From contig OX597816.1 of assembly GCA_951406725.2 (NCBI GenBank), forward strand, positions 176,204,001 through 176,268,000: a stretch of DNA of 64,000 nt, in the 5' to 3' direction. The position numbers and the translations under genes are program-made. Below the pieces are notes generated by a model. The model was not told where the DNA came from. It worked only from the letters and a program-made list of their open reading frames with translations, and made no database searches. Origin of the DNA: Octopus vulgaris (Eukaryota). Shown here in pieces: positions 11,776 through 24,412 of this stretch; the stretch's first letter is position 1, and each line of letters begins with the position of its first letter.

Positions 11776-13144
11776 CTAGCAGAAAGTTCGCCCCTGGTCG
11801 GTTTTCTGCTAGCCCCTTGATAATATTTTCACATTTGATTCCAATTTCTAATAATTTTAATATTTTACATCTAATTATTTCTTTGTATAACAGTGCTCAC
11901 TTGCTAGTAAATATTGCTTTCATTATTTTATAACAGTCATAATCTCTCTTTTTTAAGCAAACATCACTGTAGTCCAAAATCAGAGGGAGAAGCAGTTTGT
12001 TGTGTTTTACCTTCACCTCAAAGCAACATAGAGATTTCAATTCAGCAGTTCTTTTGTGTGTGTGTATGAGAGAGAGAGAGAGAGAGAGAGCACATGGCAA
12101 ACAATGAATGAAATAAACATGAAATTTTAAAATTGTATAAATAAAAGGGCATTACTATATGTATATGCCCCACCACCACTACCACTTTGTTGCCTCATAT
12201 CATCCAGAAAAATGGATACTTTTTTACAATTTTAAATTTCCTACAAAAATGGATACTTTTTACAAAATTTATAGGGATTTATAGGAAAGAATTTTTGCAA
12301 GGGGGTGGAGAGAGGATTTCAGAAAATTCACATGATCTGACATTTTTCCCTCATAACTTTCAGGAAGGTAGGTATCTTTTAATGAAAATTTATACAAATA
12401 CCTTTCAAATGGCATAGATTATGATTAAAAAGAATTTTGTGGGGGATTTTCCCCATTTTTTAAACCACGACCTTCAAAGTGATGGGGTGGGGGACATCTT
12501 TGTATAAAAAAATTTTGAAAACTTCTTTTTTATATCCCTCCCCGCCTCATTATCCCACTCTGGACCTATTTAGGCCAATTTTTTTCCTCTTCAAAACCAT
12601 GGGAAGAGCATTTATGGTAAAAAAAAAATTTTTTAAGCTATTAATACTTTCAGAGGGAAAAGTGATTTAAGGGTGATTTGGCTGTTGTTTCTAGCACACC
12701 CGAAGACAACCCACCTTGTTCCTTTATCACTCTCGCATGTATTGATGTTTTTCAATATCCCCCCCCCCATAAATACATTTATATATTGTAAAGAAGAAAA
12801 TTTGAGAAATTATGAATTTGTTGCAAGCCTACTCCCTGACACCAATTATTTCTGTTTAGAAATTAAAATATTGAAGAGCCTGAGAAGGTCATTGCTGGCT
12901 TTATCCACAGTGATTTAAAAAAAATTTCGGGAATGTACTTTGCATAGCAAGAGACTTGATCTGAGATCATGTGCTGAAACAAAGACAATTGCAGCATGGA
13001 AGATGTTTGTAAACCATTCAAGAACGCACAAATACCATTCATTTGTGTCAAAATATTTTCGTTGCTTTGAAACTGCGACCTGTTCAGTGACAAAACTTCA
13101 CAAACGCGATGCAGCAAAGTTTTATCAGTGAACAGCACACGCAT

Positions 13145-13182
<38 letters not shown>

Positions 13183-13750
13183 ATTGCCTTTCATTTGCAT
13201 GTATGTGTATCTATGTGTTTGCGAGTGTATGTGTCACTGTTAAAGTTGTGTTTGGAAACTGAATAAGATGCAAGTTTCAAGCAGTTGTTAGTAACTTTTT
13301 GTTTTTTTTCTTCTCATCTTCTAATAGTAATTATCCAATTTTCCAGGCTCTTCTCACAGCTATCCCACACTCAAAAATTATATGGATATTTTTTTTAAAT
13401 TTTCATTCAATAAATAATGTTTTTACATTATGTATACATTAACAGCAAATTAAAACTTAAAAGAGAAAGTGAGAGACTTCGCAAATGAAAATAGAATACT
13501 TTGCAGTGAATGCAATGAATATTTAAATTTGTGATTAATTGGACGCAGTGAATATTTAAATTTGCGAGAAATTGGAGTTTAAAAAATTCAATGAACTTGA
13601 GAAATCGAAATTATAGAAAATTTCTTTGAACATGAATTTAACATGAAATATTTCCAGACAGTCAACTCTTTAATAATTGCTTTCTTTAAGTACTTTTAGT
13701 AATTGTCACATACCTAATTAATTAGCAGCTTTCTCCATTATAGTATAGAT
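11776..13750 (-). mobile_element. possible non-autonomous Helitron-like element
   Basis: CTAGCAGAAA...TTTCTGCTAG inverted repeat at the left end, and a minus-strand start ATCTATACTATAATGG at the right end. Confidence 0.4.
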
Positions 13751-13930
13751 AGTATATCTTCTATCTTGTTTCAGTCATTCGACTGCAGCCATGAGGGTCA
13801 TGACCATGAAGGGGTTAGCTAAACAAATCAATCCCAGTACTTATTTTCCGAAGTCTGGTACTTATTTTATTGGTGTCATTTGCTGAACTGCTAGATTTAA
13901 GAGATGTAAAGAAACCAATATATAGATATA

Positions 13931-14237
13931 TCACGTGATCATGTGACCGACCAGTCCATCAGATGTTGTTACACATCGCTGGTCACAATGCGTCCGCATT
14001 GTTTTAGCCCTCGAATGACACCACCCCGCTGGCTAAGCGAGCAGGCCAACAGAAGAAAGAGTGGGAGAAAGGGTGGTGAAAGAGTACAGCAGGGATCACC
14101 ACCCCCTGCCGGAGCCTCGGGGAGCTATTTTAGGTGTTTTTCGCTCAATAAACACACACAACGCCCGGTCTGAAATCGAAACCGCGATCCTCCGACCGCG
14201 AGTCTGCTGCCCTAACCACTGGGCCATTGCGCTTCCA
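13931..14237 (-). mobile_element. tRNA-derived SINE, same head, tail type B (also 36844-37133 + and truncated 24615-24776 +)
   Basis: The tail reads ...GACCAGCGATGTGTAAC...GGTCGGTCACGTGAT. The 5' end lies only about 38 nt from the BAP18 acceptor at 14275. Confidence 0.8.
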
Positions 14238-14275
14238 CATATAGATATATATGTTTGTAATTTGTTAAATTTCAG

Positions 14276-14377
14276 TGGTAAATGGACAGAGCAAGAAATA
14301 GAACTACTAAAATCATCAGTGAAACGGTTTGGAGAAGATCTGAATAAAATCAGTGATGTCATAAAAAACAGAACTAC
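14276..14377 (+). CDS. BAP18: BAP18/C17orf49 orthologue, internal coding exon (SANT/Myb-like domain)
   Basis: tttcag|T GGT AAA TGG ... AGA ACT AC|gtaagt. Encodes GKWTEQEIELLKSSVKRFGEDLNKISDVIKNRT, matching human BAP18 AKWTETEIEMLRAAVKRFGDDLNHISCVIKERT as recalled. Phase 2/2. Confidence 0.93.
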
Positions 14378-15097
14378 GTAAGTCAAACCATTTTACTATT
14401 TGGTATTTTTTAAAACCGTTTTGTTATATTTCTAACCTGATTTTATTTCTATTAAATTCTATCAACATATTAATGTGATTAAAATAGGGCGAAAATGTTA
14501 AAATTGACACTAAATTAATAGCTCTTTTACTCTTTACTCTTTTATTTGTTTCAGTCATTTGACTGCGGCCATGCTGGAGCACCGCCTTTAATCGAGCAAA
14601 TCGATCCCGGGACTTATTCTTTTGTAAGCCCAGTACTTATTCTATCGGTCCCTTTTGCCGAACCGCTAAGTAACGGGGACATAAACACACACCAGCATCG
14701 GTTGTCAAGCAATGCTAGGGGGACAAACACACACACACAAACACACACACATACACATACATATATGTATATACGACAGGCTTCTTTCAGTTTCCGTCTA
14801 CCAAATCCACTCACAAGGCATTGGTCAGCCCGGGGCTATAGCAGAAGACACTTGCCCAAGATGCCACGCAGTGGGATTGAACCCAGAACCATGTGGTTGG
14901 TTAGCAAGCTACTTACCACACAGCCACTGCTGCGCCTATTACAGCTGTAAACAAAATTACATGCAATTTGCTTCTAAAATAAGTTAAGCGTAATGCTATC
15001 AAATGTTAAAAGGAGAAAATCGTAACAATGACAAAAGTTATTCAAAAAAATCGTAACTCTATTTCTGAAAAAGGAAATTACTTTCTTGCCAACCCAA

Positions 15098-16490
15098 TCA
15101 TCATCATCATCATCATCATTTAACGTCCATTTTCCATGCTAGCATGGGTTGGACGATTTGACTGAGGACTGGCGAACAAGATGGCTACACCAGGCTCCAA
15201 TCTGATCTGGCAGAGTTTCTACGACTGGATGCCCTTCCTAATGCAAACCACTCTGAGAGTGTAGAGGGTGCTTTTACGTGCCACCGGCACAGGGCCAGTC
15301 GGGCAGTACCGGCAACGGACACGCTCAAATGGTGTTTTTTACATGCCACCTGCACAGGAGCCAGCTTTCCATGCTAGCATGGGTTGGACGATTTGACTGA
15401 GGACTGGCGAACCAGATGGCTACACCAGGCTCCAATCTGATCTGGCAGAGTTTCTACGACTGGATGCCCTTCCTAATGCAAACCACTCTGAGAGTGTAGA
15501 GGGTGCTTTTACGTGCCACCGGCACGGCCAGTCAGGCAGTCCCGGCAACGGCCACACTCAAATGGTGTTTTTTACATGCCACCTGCACAGGAGCCAGTCC
15601 AGTGGCACTGGCAACGACCTCACTTGAATGTTTTTTCACATGCCACTGAAACAAGTGCCAGTAAGGCCACACTGGTAACGATCATGCTCAAATGGTGCTT
15701 TTTACGTGCCACCGGCACAGAAGCAAGTCAGCTGCTCTGGCAACGATCACACTTGCATGGTGCTCTTAGCGCTCCACTAGCACAGATGCTAGTCATCGAA
15801 TTTGATTTCGATTTCACTTGCTTCAACAGGTCCTCACAAGCAGAGTTTAGTGTCCAAAGAAGGAAAGGTACACATAAGTGGGCTGGTAACGCCCCTGGCA
15901 TAGGCCACGAGATTATGGTCTCACTTGGCTTGCCGGGTCTTCTCAAGCACAGCATATTTCCAAAGGTCTCGGTCACTAGTCATTGCCTCAGTGAGGCCTA
16001 ATATTTAAAGGTCGTGCTTCACCACCTCATCCCAGGTCTTCCTGGGTTTACCTCTTCAACAGGTTCTCTCAACCGCTAGGGTGTGGCACTTTTCACACAG
16101 CTATCCTCATCCATTCTCATCACATGACCATACCAGTGCAAACGTCTCTCTTGCACACCACAACTGATGCTTCTTAGGTCCAACTTTTCTTGCAAGGTAC
16201 TTACACTCTGTTGAGTGTGCACACTGACATTACACATCCATCGGAGCACACTGGCTTCATTTCTTGCGAGCTTACGCCTGTCCTCAGCTGTCATGGCCCA
16301 TGTTTCACTGCTATGTAGCATGGCTGTTCATACACATGCATCATACAGTCTACCTTTTACTCTGAGCGAGAGGCCCTTCGTCACCAGCAGAAGTAAGAGC
16401 TCTCTGAACTTTGCCCAAGCTATTCTTATTCTAGCAGTTACACTTTCAGTGCACCCTCCTCCACTACTGACTTGGTCACCTAGGTAACGG
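15098..16490 (-). mobile_element. 5'-truncated RTE LINE with duplicated 3' tail
   Basis: RT C-terminal remnant at 16076-16321. The tail segment of about 235 bp is present twice (starting near 15130 and 15365). Ends in (TGA)n. Confidence 0.85.
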
Positions 16491-17129
16491 TATCATATAA
16501 ATGAAAGGGCATATGAAAAACTATACTGTCCTATTCTAACGTAAAACATCAGAGATTTCATGCTAAACTAGTCTATATAATATATGAGAAAATGGCTGGT
16601 AAGGATGCTGTATGGGAGAGAAACATTAAACATGATTGCATGAAATAAACTAAGACCAATTTTTAAAAACTTAGCTTCTGTTTTCACCTCCAGCAATAAG
16701 AAAATAAAACAAAACAATGTCTATCAATGCAGAATGTTTTTGCAATATGAACGTTGTTTTTTTTTAACATTCAAAACTTTTATTGTATATATATATGTAT
16801 ATTTATAAGTAATTATTTAAAACTTGGGTATACATCTAATAGTATGCCAATTAAAGTACTTTCACTATTCTACGGCTACTTGATGTCATCAACTGTATGG
16901 ATATAAATGCCACTGGATCTACCTCAGGAATTCACAAGATTCTTTAGTAATCACAACAATTGTTTCGACCCATCTGGCATCGATCCCAGTTGGGTGACAT
17001 ACTATACAACTGGTTGTGGTGCATCCCTCAGTGTAAAAGTGTCAGGTGACTTTTCAAACGTGGAATGACAAACTGTAAAACCTGTATGCAACCAGCTGCA
17101 AGCAAATGCTGACATGTATTATGATCAAC

Positions 17130-17570
17130 CCCAAAAAAAGCAGATTATTGAGCATGGTACCTTTTGAAAAGTCACCTGAGGATACATATCAGTTTCCTCT
17201 ATTTCGATATTATCAATAATTGCCATCTTTTTGTGTAGAGCTGTGGTGCCAAAGAACTCATTAGGTACACCTATTTTCAAGTGCCACATTGAAGTTGTGA
17301 AAAGTAATCTTGCATTGCACATTGAGTATTTCACTGATCCTCTGGGGATCTACAGTCAGTGAGCCATTTTCTTCAAACATTGGCCCTAACTTGTACCATT
17401 CTGAAGCAGACTCTTTTGCAAATATATAGAAGGCTTTAGGGTTTGTCTCCATATTTTTAACAGCCCTGACTTCTTTCTCTGCCCTCCCCTTTCCATGGGA
17501 GTATTTGTGTTCATTTTTGATTTCGAGCAATGTTTGTTTGAAATAGGATCCTTTGCTGGTCATTGCACTT
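17130..17570 (-). pseudogene. CR1/jockey-like LINE ORF2 remnant
   Basis: EVRAVKNMETNPKAFYIFAK...LGPMFEENGSLTVDPQRISEILNVQ is typical of the linker just before the RT domain. Confidence 0.55.
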
Positions 17571-17659
17571 CAATGACATTGATGATATCTTGAGTGAAGT
17601 ATTAACCTTACATGTTCTTAATTCTTATGAGGGATTTTCTACCAATGTAAAACAGAATT

Positions 17660-19145
17660 CATCATCATCATCATCATCGTTTAGCGTCCGCTTTCCATGC
17701 TAGCATGGGTTGGACGGGTCAACTGGGGTCTGTGAAGCTGGAAGGCTTCGTCAGGCCCAGTCAGATCTGGCAGTGTTTCTACGGCTGGATGCCCTTCCTA
17801 ACGCCAACCACTCTGCAAGTGTAGTGGGTGTTTTTTACGTGCCACCTACACAGGTGCCAGACAGAGCTGGCGAACGGCCACGAACGGATGGTGCTTTTAC
17901 GTGTCACCGGCACGGGGCCAGGCGATGCTGGCAACGGACATAAACGGATGGTGCTTTTACGTGCCACTGACACGGTTGCCAGACAGAGCTGGCAAACGGC
18001 CATGAGCGGACGGTGCTTTTACGTGTCACCGGCACGGGGGCCAGCCGAGGCTGGCAACGGACACGAACGGATGGTGCTTTTACGTGCCACCGACACGGGG
18101 CCAGACAGAGCTGGCAAACGGCCACGAACGGACGGTGCTTTTACGTGTCACCGGCACGGGGCCAGGCGAGGCTGGCAACGAACACGAACGGATGGTGCTT
18201 TTACGTGCCACCGACACAGGGCCAGGCAGAGCTGGCAAACGGCCACGAGCGAATGGTGCTTTTACGTGTCACCGGCACGGATGCCAGACGAGGCTGACAG
18301 CGGACACGAACGGATGGGTCACTTAACCCCTGCTTTCTGATATATGATTTGATTTTGATTGTTCTCACTGGTCTTGCCGGGTCTTCTCACGCACAGCATA
18401 CTTCCATAGGTCTCGGTCTCTGGTCATTTCCTTGGTGAGACCTAGAGTTCGAAGGTCGTGCTTCACCACCTCGACCCAGGTTTTCCTGGGTCTACCTCTT
18501 CCACAGGTCCCCTCAACTGCCAGGGTGTGGCACTTTTTCACACACCTATCTTCATCCATTCTCACCACATGACCATACCAGCGCAATTGTCTCTCTTGCA
18601 CACAACATCTGATTCCTCTTAGGTCCAACTTTTCTCTCAAGGTACTTACACTCTGTCGACTATGAACACTGACATTACACATCCAACGGAGCATACTAGC
18701 TTCATTTCTCGCGAGCTTACGCATGTCCTCAGCAGTCACGGCCCATGTTTCACTGCCATGTAGCATGGCTGTTCGTACACATGCATCATACAGTCTGCCT
18801 TTTACTCTGAGCGAGAGGCCTTTAGTCACCAACAGAGGTAAGAGCTCCCTAAACTTTGCCCAGGCTATTCTTACTCTAGCCGTTACACTTTCAGCACACC
18901 CACCCCCACTACTGACTTGGTCACCAAGATAACGGAAGCTATCAACTACTTCTAGTTTTTCCCCCTGGAAAGTGACGGAAGTTGTTTTCTGCAGATTTTC
19001 AGAGGTTAATGCTCCCGAGCATCTGCCACATACAAAAACCATCTTCCTAGTTAGCCTTCCTATGACATTGCTGCACCTCTTATGTGTCCATAGCTTACAC
19101 TTGGTGCATCTTATAGAGTTTCTACCTACACCTTTTCTACAGATC
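17660..19145 (-). mobile_element. 5'-truncated RTE LINE with long 3' UTR
   Basis: ORF 18365-19042 (FRYLG...LRWYGHVVRMDEDRCVKK...GRGRPRKTW), followed by about 8 tandem 60-bp UTR units and a (TGA)n tail. Confidence 0.9.
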
Positions 19146-19269
19146 TATGATACTCTGGATAAATGTGATCAAGGATTTTATTGTAGTCTATATTAAGATG
19201 AAATGTTTCAATAGATTATATTTTGCTGAGTTTTGCCTATTTCTCGAGATCATGAAGTAAATAAGATTT

Positions 19270-20400
19270 GCTTTCTTTCTCAACATTGAACACGGCATCC
19301 ATCATTGACTCTATCACATCACTGACTCCTTCACCTGCACTTCTACCAATGTCATCTACTGCATCTCCTGCTCTCTCTGCCCTTCTCTATACATTGGACA
19401 AACAAGACGCTGCTTGGTTGACTGGTTCGCGGAACACCTCCGACTTAGCATTGACACCCTGGTCTTGCGTCATTTCTGCTCTACCAGTCACTCTTTGCAA
19501 CACCTGTCCGACTTCGGATTGTCCTTGCACAGGGGCATATGAATTCCCGTTTGCACCATGAACAGAGATTAATCTTCTCTCTTCATTCCTTTGCACCACA
19601 TGGGCTCAACTCCCCTCCCCTCTTTATCTAACCTCCTCCCCTCGCCTCTCCACCTCACACCTACTCCTTCCCACCTCTCCTCTCTTGCTCCGACTCCTAC
19701 TTCTTCTCTTAACTCCTACTCGCTTTCTCTCTTCTCTTCACTCCTATCCACCATCTCCTTCCCTTTCATTGTCACACCTCCCTTGTAACCCCACCCCTAC
19801 ACATTCCAACCCCACCTTCCCTATCCTCCCCACCCCCTCCCACATACCCTGCCTCTAACCCCACCTACCTACCCACATACCCCACCTCTATACCTACCCT
19901 CAGCCTAACCTGCATCCCACCCTTGCTTTCCCACTCTCGCCTCTCCCACCTTGCACCACCATCACACCACACCACACCACACACCACCATACCACACAAC
20001 ACATCACATCACACAACCACGCACACACTAGCACTGACCACTTCCCAGCCCCACATCTTCACACCTACACATACACACACAATCACACGTCAAGCTCTTT
20101 TCCACATTCACATACATACTCTCTTATATACATGCACGCGCACCTTCGTTTTGGGATCACCACTACTTTATTATCTCCCCTTCTTCCTAGCTCTCCTGTG
20201 TGACCCTTCTGTCCGGCATTCGCCATGATAGATCGCTAGCCACAGTTCACATTCTTTATTTTCTCTCCTTGTTTCTTTCTGTGGAAAAGCGTAGGCTCGA
20301 AATGTTAAAGACTTATTCACTTCTCAAGCGTTAAACTAATGCATCTGTTTGTTGTCTACACCACCTGTCTTTTGGTTTGTTTGGTTTTTTTTTGTGAATT
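19270..20400 (+). mobile_element. second Penelope-like retroelement 3' fragment
   Basis: A frame starting at 19315 and not listed in the ORF track reads HITDSFTCTSTNVIYCISCSLCPSLYIGQTRRCLVDWFAEHLR. After a frameshift it reads EQRLIFSLHSFAPHGLN. A C/A-rich spacer and a hammerhead-bearing end follow. Confidence 0.85.
20274..20311 (+). ncRNA. degenerate hammerhead motif (C3-G8) in a Penelope 3' end
   Basis: UCUUU-CUGUGGA-A-AAGC GUAG GCUC-GAAA-UG-UU-AAAGA. A6 is substituted. It lies downstream of the GIY-YIG remnant at 19315 on the same strand. Confidence 0.5.
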
Positions 20401-21070
20401 CTCCCTCTGTACAATCTAACCATGGACAGAAAAAACTGACTGACTAAATTGGTTTCAATCATTGTAATTTCCTCAACAACCAACTATTCTTCTCTTACAA
20501 CTAGTGGTAACATTGTGTTTATAGTCACTATTATTATTATTGACTTTGTTAAATCACATACACTGATTTACACAAATGCCAGTTCAATTGCGAAGTAACT
20601 AACATGTTAGTAATTATTCTTGATGTTATGATGTACTACCAGTATTGAAGCATGTGTGAATTAAAATTAGTGAAATATTTTAGTTGTAAACAGTATTTTA
20701 TCACATGGTCTTGAGTTTAAACTTTATCACAGTTATCCATGTCCAAGGCACACGATAACTGTTTGTTTCAGCTTGGTAGAATGTTAGGAAGTGCAAAACA
20801 CTTTTTTTTTTACCAAATTTTTTGCAACCATTGTATTGACATTTTTACACATCTGACATAATTTCAATTCTTAAATATATTTATTTTCCTTGCAGGTGGC
20901 ATGAACAAAACAGGTCTAATTTCTTATTGAGAAGTAAATAACATTTGTATGAGATAAATAACTATTGATTGATTGAAAGATAATGTGTTTTAGAAATATC
21001 TAGAAATAGTTATGTGAAGTGAGGGAAAATTGAGTCTGTTTGTTATATCATAATTATTGACTATTATTAG

Positions 21071-21213
21071 ATCACAGATTAAAGCCCAACTGAAGAGGAA
21101 GGCATATGAAGATGCTGGTTTACAGCCACCAACTGATGCATCACCAAAGAAACAAGTTTCACAGAAACCCACAATCTCAGAACAACCACAGCCTAAAAAA
21201 CAGAGATCTTCAG
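21071..21213 (+). CDS. BAP18: BAP18 internal coding exon
   Basis: tattag|A TCA CAG ATT ... TCT TCA G|gtaata. Completes the ACA codon from the previous exon. Encodes SQIKAQLKRKAYEDAGLQPPTDASPKKQVSQKPTISEQPQPKKQRSS (human AQIKATVKRKVYEDSG...PKK...KKQK). Confidence 0.92.
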
Positions 21214-22292
21214 GTAATAATAACAATAACTGTTTCTAAATTGAATTTTTAAAATCCCAGAACTTTCGAAATGAGGGGTTAGGCAATACTGTTGACCCTA
21301 GTGCTTGAATGGTACTGATATTATTGATACCAAAAGAATGACAGACGAAATTGACCTTGGTGTGGTTTTGAAGACAGAGAGTAAAGAGCCAGGGACACTT
21401 TTTTGATGCTCTTAAAATTATGCCGACCTCGCACTTCAATGATGATTTATAGAAATTTTTAAAAAGTTGAGGGAAGAATCACTATCATTTTATACCCATT
21501 TTACCATCCTAATATGGGTAAGACAGATCTTGGCACTTCCCCTTCTTTATCTGACAAACTGTGCAACATAACAAACTGCCATTCATGTGTTTGGTTTGAT
21601 TTTATAGCTGAATGCCACCACTTGACAGCAGGTACCAGCAGTATGATGACATGTACCCAGTACATTTCATCATACTGCTGGCACTCTAGAGTTTCATCTG
21701 CAGTAGAGCTAATGTTTAGTAAGGGACCAGAGTTTTTATTCAGAGTTACTGCTCTTCCAGACAGGTTTTCTGTGGTTTGTGGAGCTTGCATCTACATAGG
21801 CAGTATCATCCTCAGTTCTTAATGTAAAGAAACAATTTTGATACCCAAAGGTATTTGAAACTGGAACATAAAAGGGATGCAACTAAAATACAATGTTCCA
21901 CTGTCTCTGCATATAAAAGGAATTTCTTTTCCATATTTTTGTAGATAATTCATTGAATTCATTGCCCATCTTCACCTCTATTACTGTTCTTCACTCCCCT
22001 CTCAATATTCTTGCAGTCTTCACTTACCATTCCTGACTCTTGTCATCACTTTCTCTTTACATCCAAGCTAAAAATAAAACATAGTGGTGAGACGTGATCC
22101 TCTAATCCATTTAGAAAAGTCATAACTCCAAACAAAAACTGACTCACACTAATAATCTGTCCACCCCATGCCAGCTTGGAAATTGGACACAAAATCAAGA
22201 TTCATATAAAATTGTGTCCTTCCTTAGTGTCCTGCCTAAGGTTTATATATATATATATAAACCTTAGGTTTATGTGTGTGTGTGTGTATATA

Positions 22293-23939
22293 CACTTGCG
22301 TCAGAAATTAATTAGCACTTCTCAAATTTCTACATTTTCTTACATTTTTTTAATTTAATTAACTTATTATCAGAAACGAACCCGTTTTTAATCAAAAATT
22401 TATTAAAACATATCCCACCATACCACATAATAGTCAATATCTTGTTGCACAGGTACTGTGCAGGGATGGCCCTCCATGCAGCAAGAAGTGCCCCAAACAG
22501 CTCGTGTCAGTTCCTGTATTGCTGCACATTCAAATCCCTACCCAATCGACTCCAGAGGTTCTCAATAGGGTTCAGGTCAGGTGACTGGCCAGTCCATGAC
22601 TGTCACCCTATGGTCCTTGAAGAAACCGGTTGTGAGCTTGGCTGTGTGGGGAGGCGCGTTGTCCTGCTGGAGCACGTACTCCTCGCCACCAAAGAGTTAT
22701 CCCGCAGAGGGTAGGGCAGCATTCCGTACTATCTCAACGTACTTTGCTGCGTTGATGTTGCCTTCGACGGCATAGAGCTGCCCAACACCACTGTAGCTGA
22801 ACGCCCCCCACACCATCAGACCACCCCCACCATGCTTCATGGTGGGAGCAATGCAGTCTTTGTTGAAGCGCTCACCCCTGCGGCGTCGCACATGGACAGG
22901 CTTGTCACTGACGAGACTGAAGCGCGACTGGTCAGTGAACATCACTGTCCGCCACTGCTGCACGGTCCATGTCTTGTGGGCACGGGCCCAGAGCAGCCGC
23001 CTCTTCCGGTTTTGGGCTGTAAGGAGCGGCTTACGGGCGGCCCTACAGGATTTTAGACCAGCTTCCAGTAATCTGGTCTTGACGGTGGTTGTAGACAACT
23101 GCTTCCCTGTCACCTTTTGCATCTCCTCCGCCAGTTGCCGGCTCGTTGCCCTTCGGTTGTTCAGCGACTTTCGGATCAGCATCCGGTCCTCCCGCTGGGT
23201 CGTCAGCCTCTTCTGTCCCCTACCCTTTTTGTCAGCTGCTGATCCGGTTTCTTCGTATTTCTTAAATAAGCACTGAATTGTGCGCCTGGCTACACCAAGT
23301 TTTCTGGCTATTGCAGCCTCCGACAGCTTCCCACGCCACGAGAGAGCCTCGTACCGTCTCTCCAAGGTCATGCGAGGTCTTGGGCCCCTCTAGGAATGAA
23401 CGACAAAAACCAGTTATTTTCATTAAAACTATTCATTTGAATAATGTTATGCTATAACAAAACTACTATGAGTTATTATTCATTAAACAAAAAAGAAAGA
23501 AAGCAGAATTTCTCACTTTATTTGATGTATAACAGAAAGTTTTGTGAACCGGAAGTGACCTCATCAAGCAGAGTGTAGGAGAATTTGTGAGGAAAAAAAA
23601 TCTTGCAAATACACAAATCAATTAACCTACAAGCTGTTCAAAACGTCTTACGCGATGAGAAAACTTAGTACGGTGTGATTTCGGTCCTTGCGAGGCGCTA
23701 CCTATATCTATTAAACAAAGGAAGATTTGTCTGCATCCGCACTCCAAGCTATTGTTGCACTGCTGTGTCAACATCATTAGGCTGTAGACTCAAACCGCTC
23801 TGCAAACAAAGTTACGTCATCGTTCTGCGCAACAGTGAACTCGCAACAAAGCAATAGTTCGAGATATGGCCACTAGGTGACAGCACATACCTTGAGTGAA
23901 GAGCAAATCAAGGGTGCTAATTAATTTCTGACGGTAGTG
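22293..23939 (-). mobile_element. full-length Tc1-family DNA transposon, inactive
   Basis: 26-bp TIRs CACTTGCGTCAGAAATTAATTAGCAC / GTGCTAATTAATTTCTGACGGTAGTG with TA on both sides. The transposase ORF 22697-23371 has an HTH, RKPLL, FTDQSRF and KHGGGGLMVWGAF. It continues through frameshifts into LQQDNAPPH and QSPDLNPIENLW. Confidence 0.93.
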
Positions 23940-23950
23940 TATATATATAA

Positions 23951-24412
23951 TTTCTCAATTCACTAGAGCCTCCTGGACTACCTCCACACATATTAGCACT
24001 TAAAGTTGGAACTCCTGTAATGCTACTCCACAATCTGGAACCACCAAGACTTTGCAATGGAACACAACTGGTGATAAAGGAAATGATGTCACACGTTATC
24101 GAGGCAATCATTCTTTCTGGATGTGGAAAAGGTGATGACGTCTTTATTCCAAGAATTCCTCTTACTCCATCAGGAGCAGAAATTCCATTTACATTCAGAA
24201 GACTGCAATTCCCCCTTCATGTCAGCTTTGCCATGTCCATTAACAAATCTCAGGGTCAAACCCTCTCTGTAGCTTGTCTTCTCTTGGAAGAGCCCTGCTT
24301 CTCGCATGGGCAACTGTATGTTGGCTGCTCAAGAGTAGGAACCAAAAGAAACCTTTTAGTATATGCTCCACAAGGAAAAACAAGGAACATTGTTTACAAC
24401 GAGGTGTTATAA
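23951..24412 (+). mobile_element. Helitron RepHel Pif1-like helicase C-terminal fragment
   Basis: [34 protein letters not shown]...FIPRIPL...[21 protein letters not shown]...[13 protein letters not shown]...[10 protein letters not shown]. Confidence 0.9.

Noticed and set aside
13036-13085. additional intact G3-C8 hammerhead
   Set aside because: It belongs to the same family as the 4-kb palindrome, but this copy reads CUGAACA (C3/C8 mismatch) with a weakened stem II, so it is counted as decayed.
21501-21822. overlapping ~100-aa ORFs on both strands
   Set aside because: No recognisable domain; at most a very old LINE remnant.
24020-24412. host PIF1 gene exon
   Set aside because: The motifs and C-terminus ([10 protein letters not shown]) are Helitron-type, and it is an isolated fragment inside another gene's intron.
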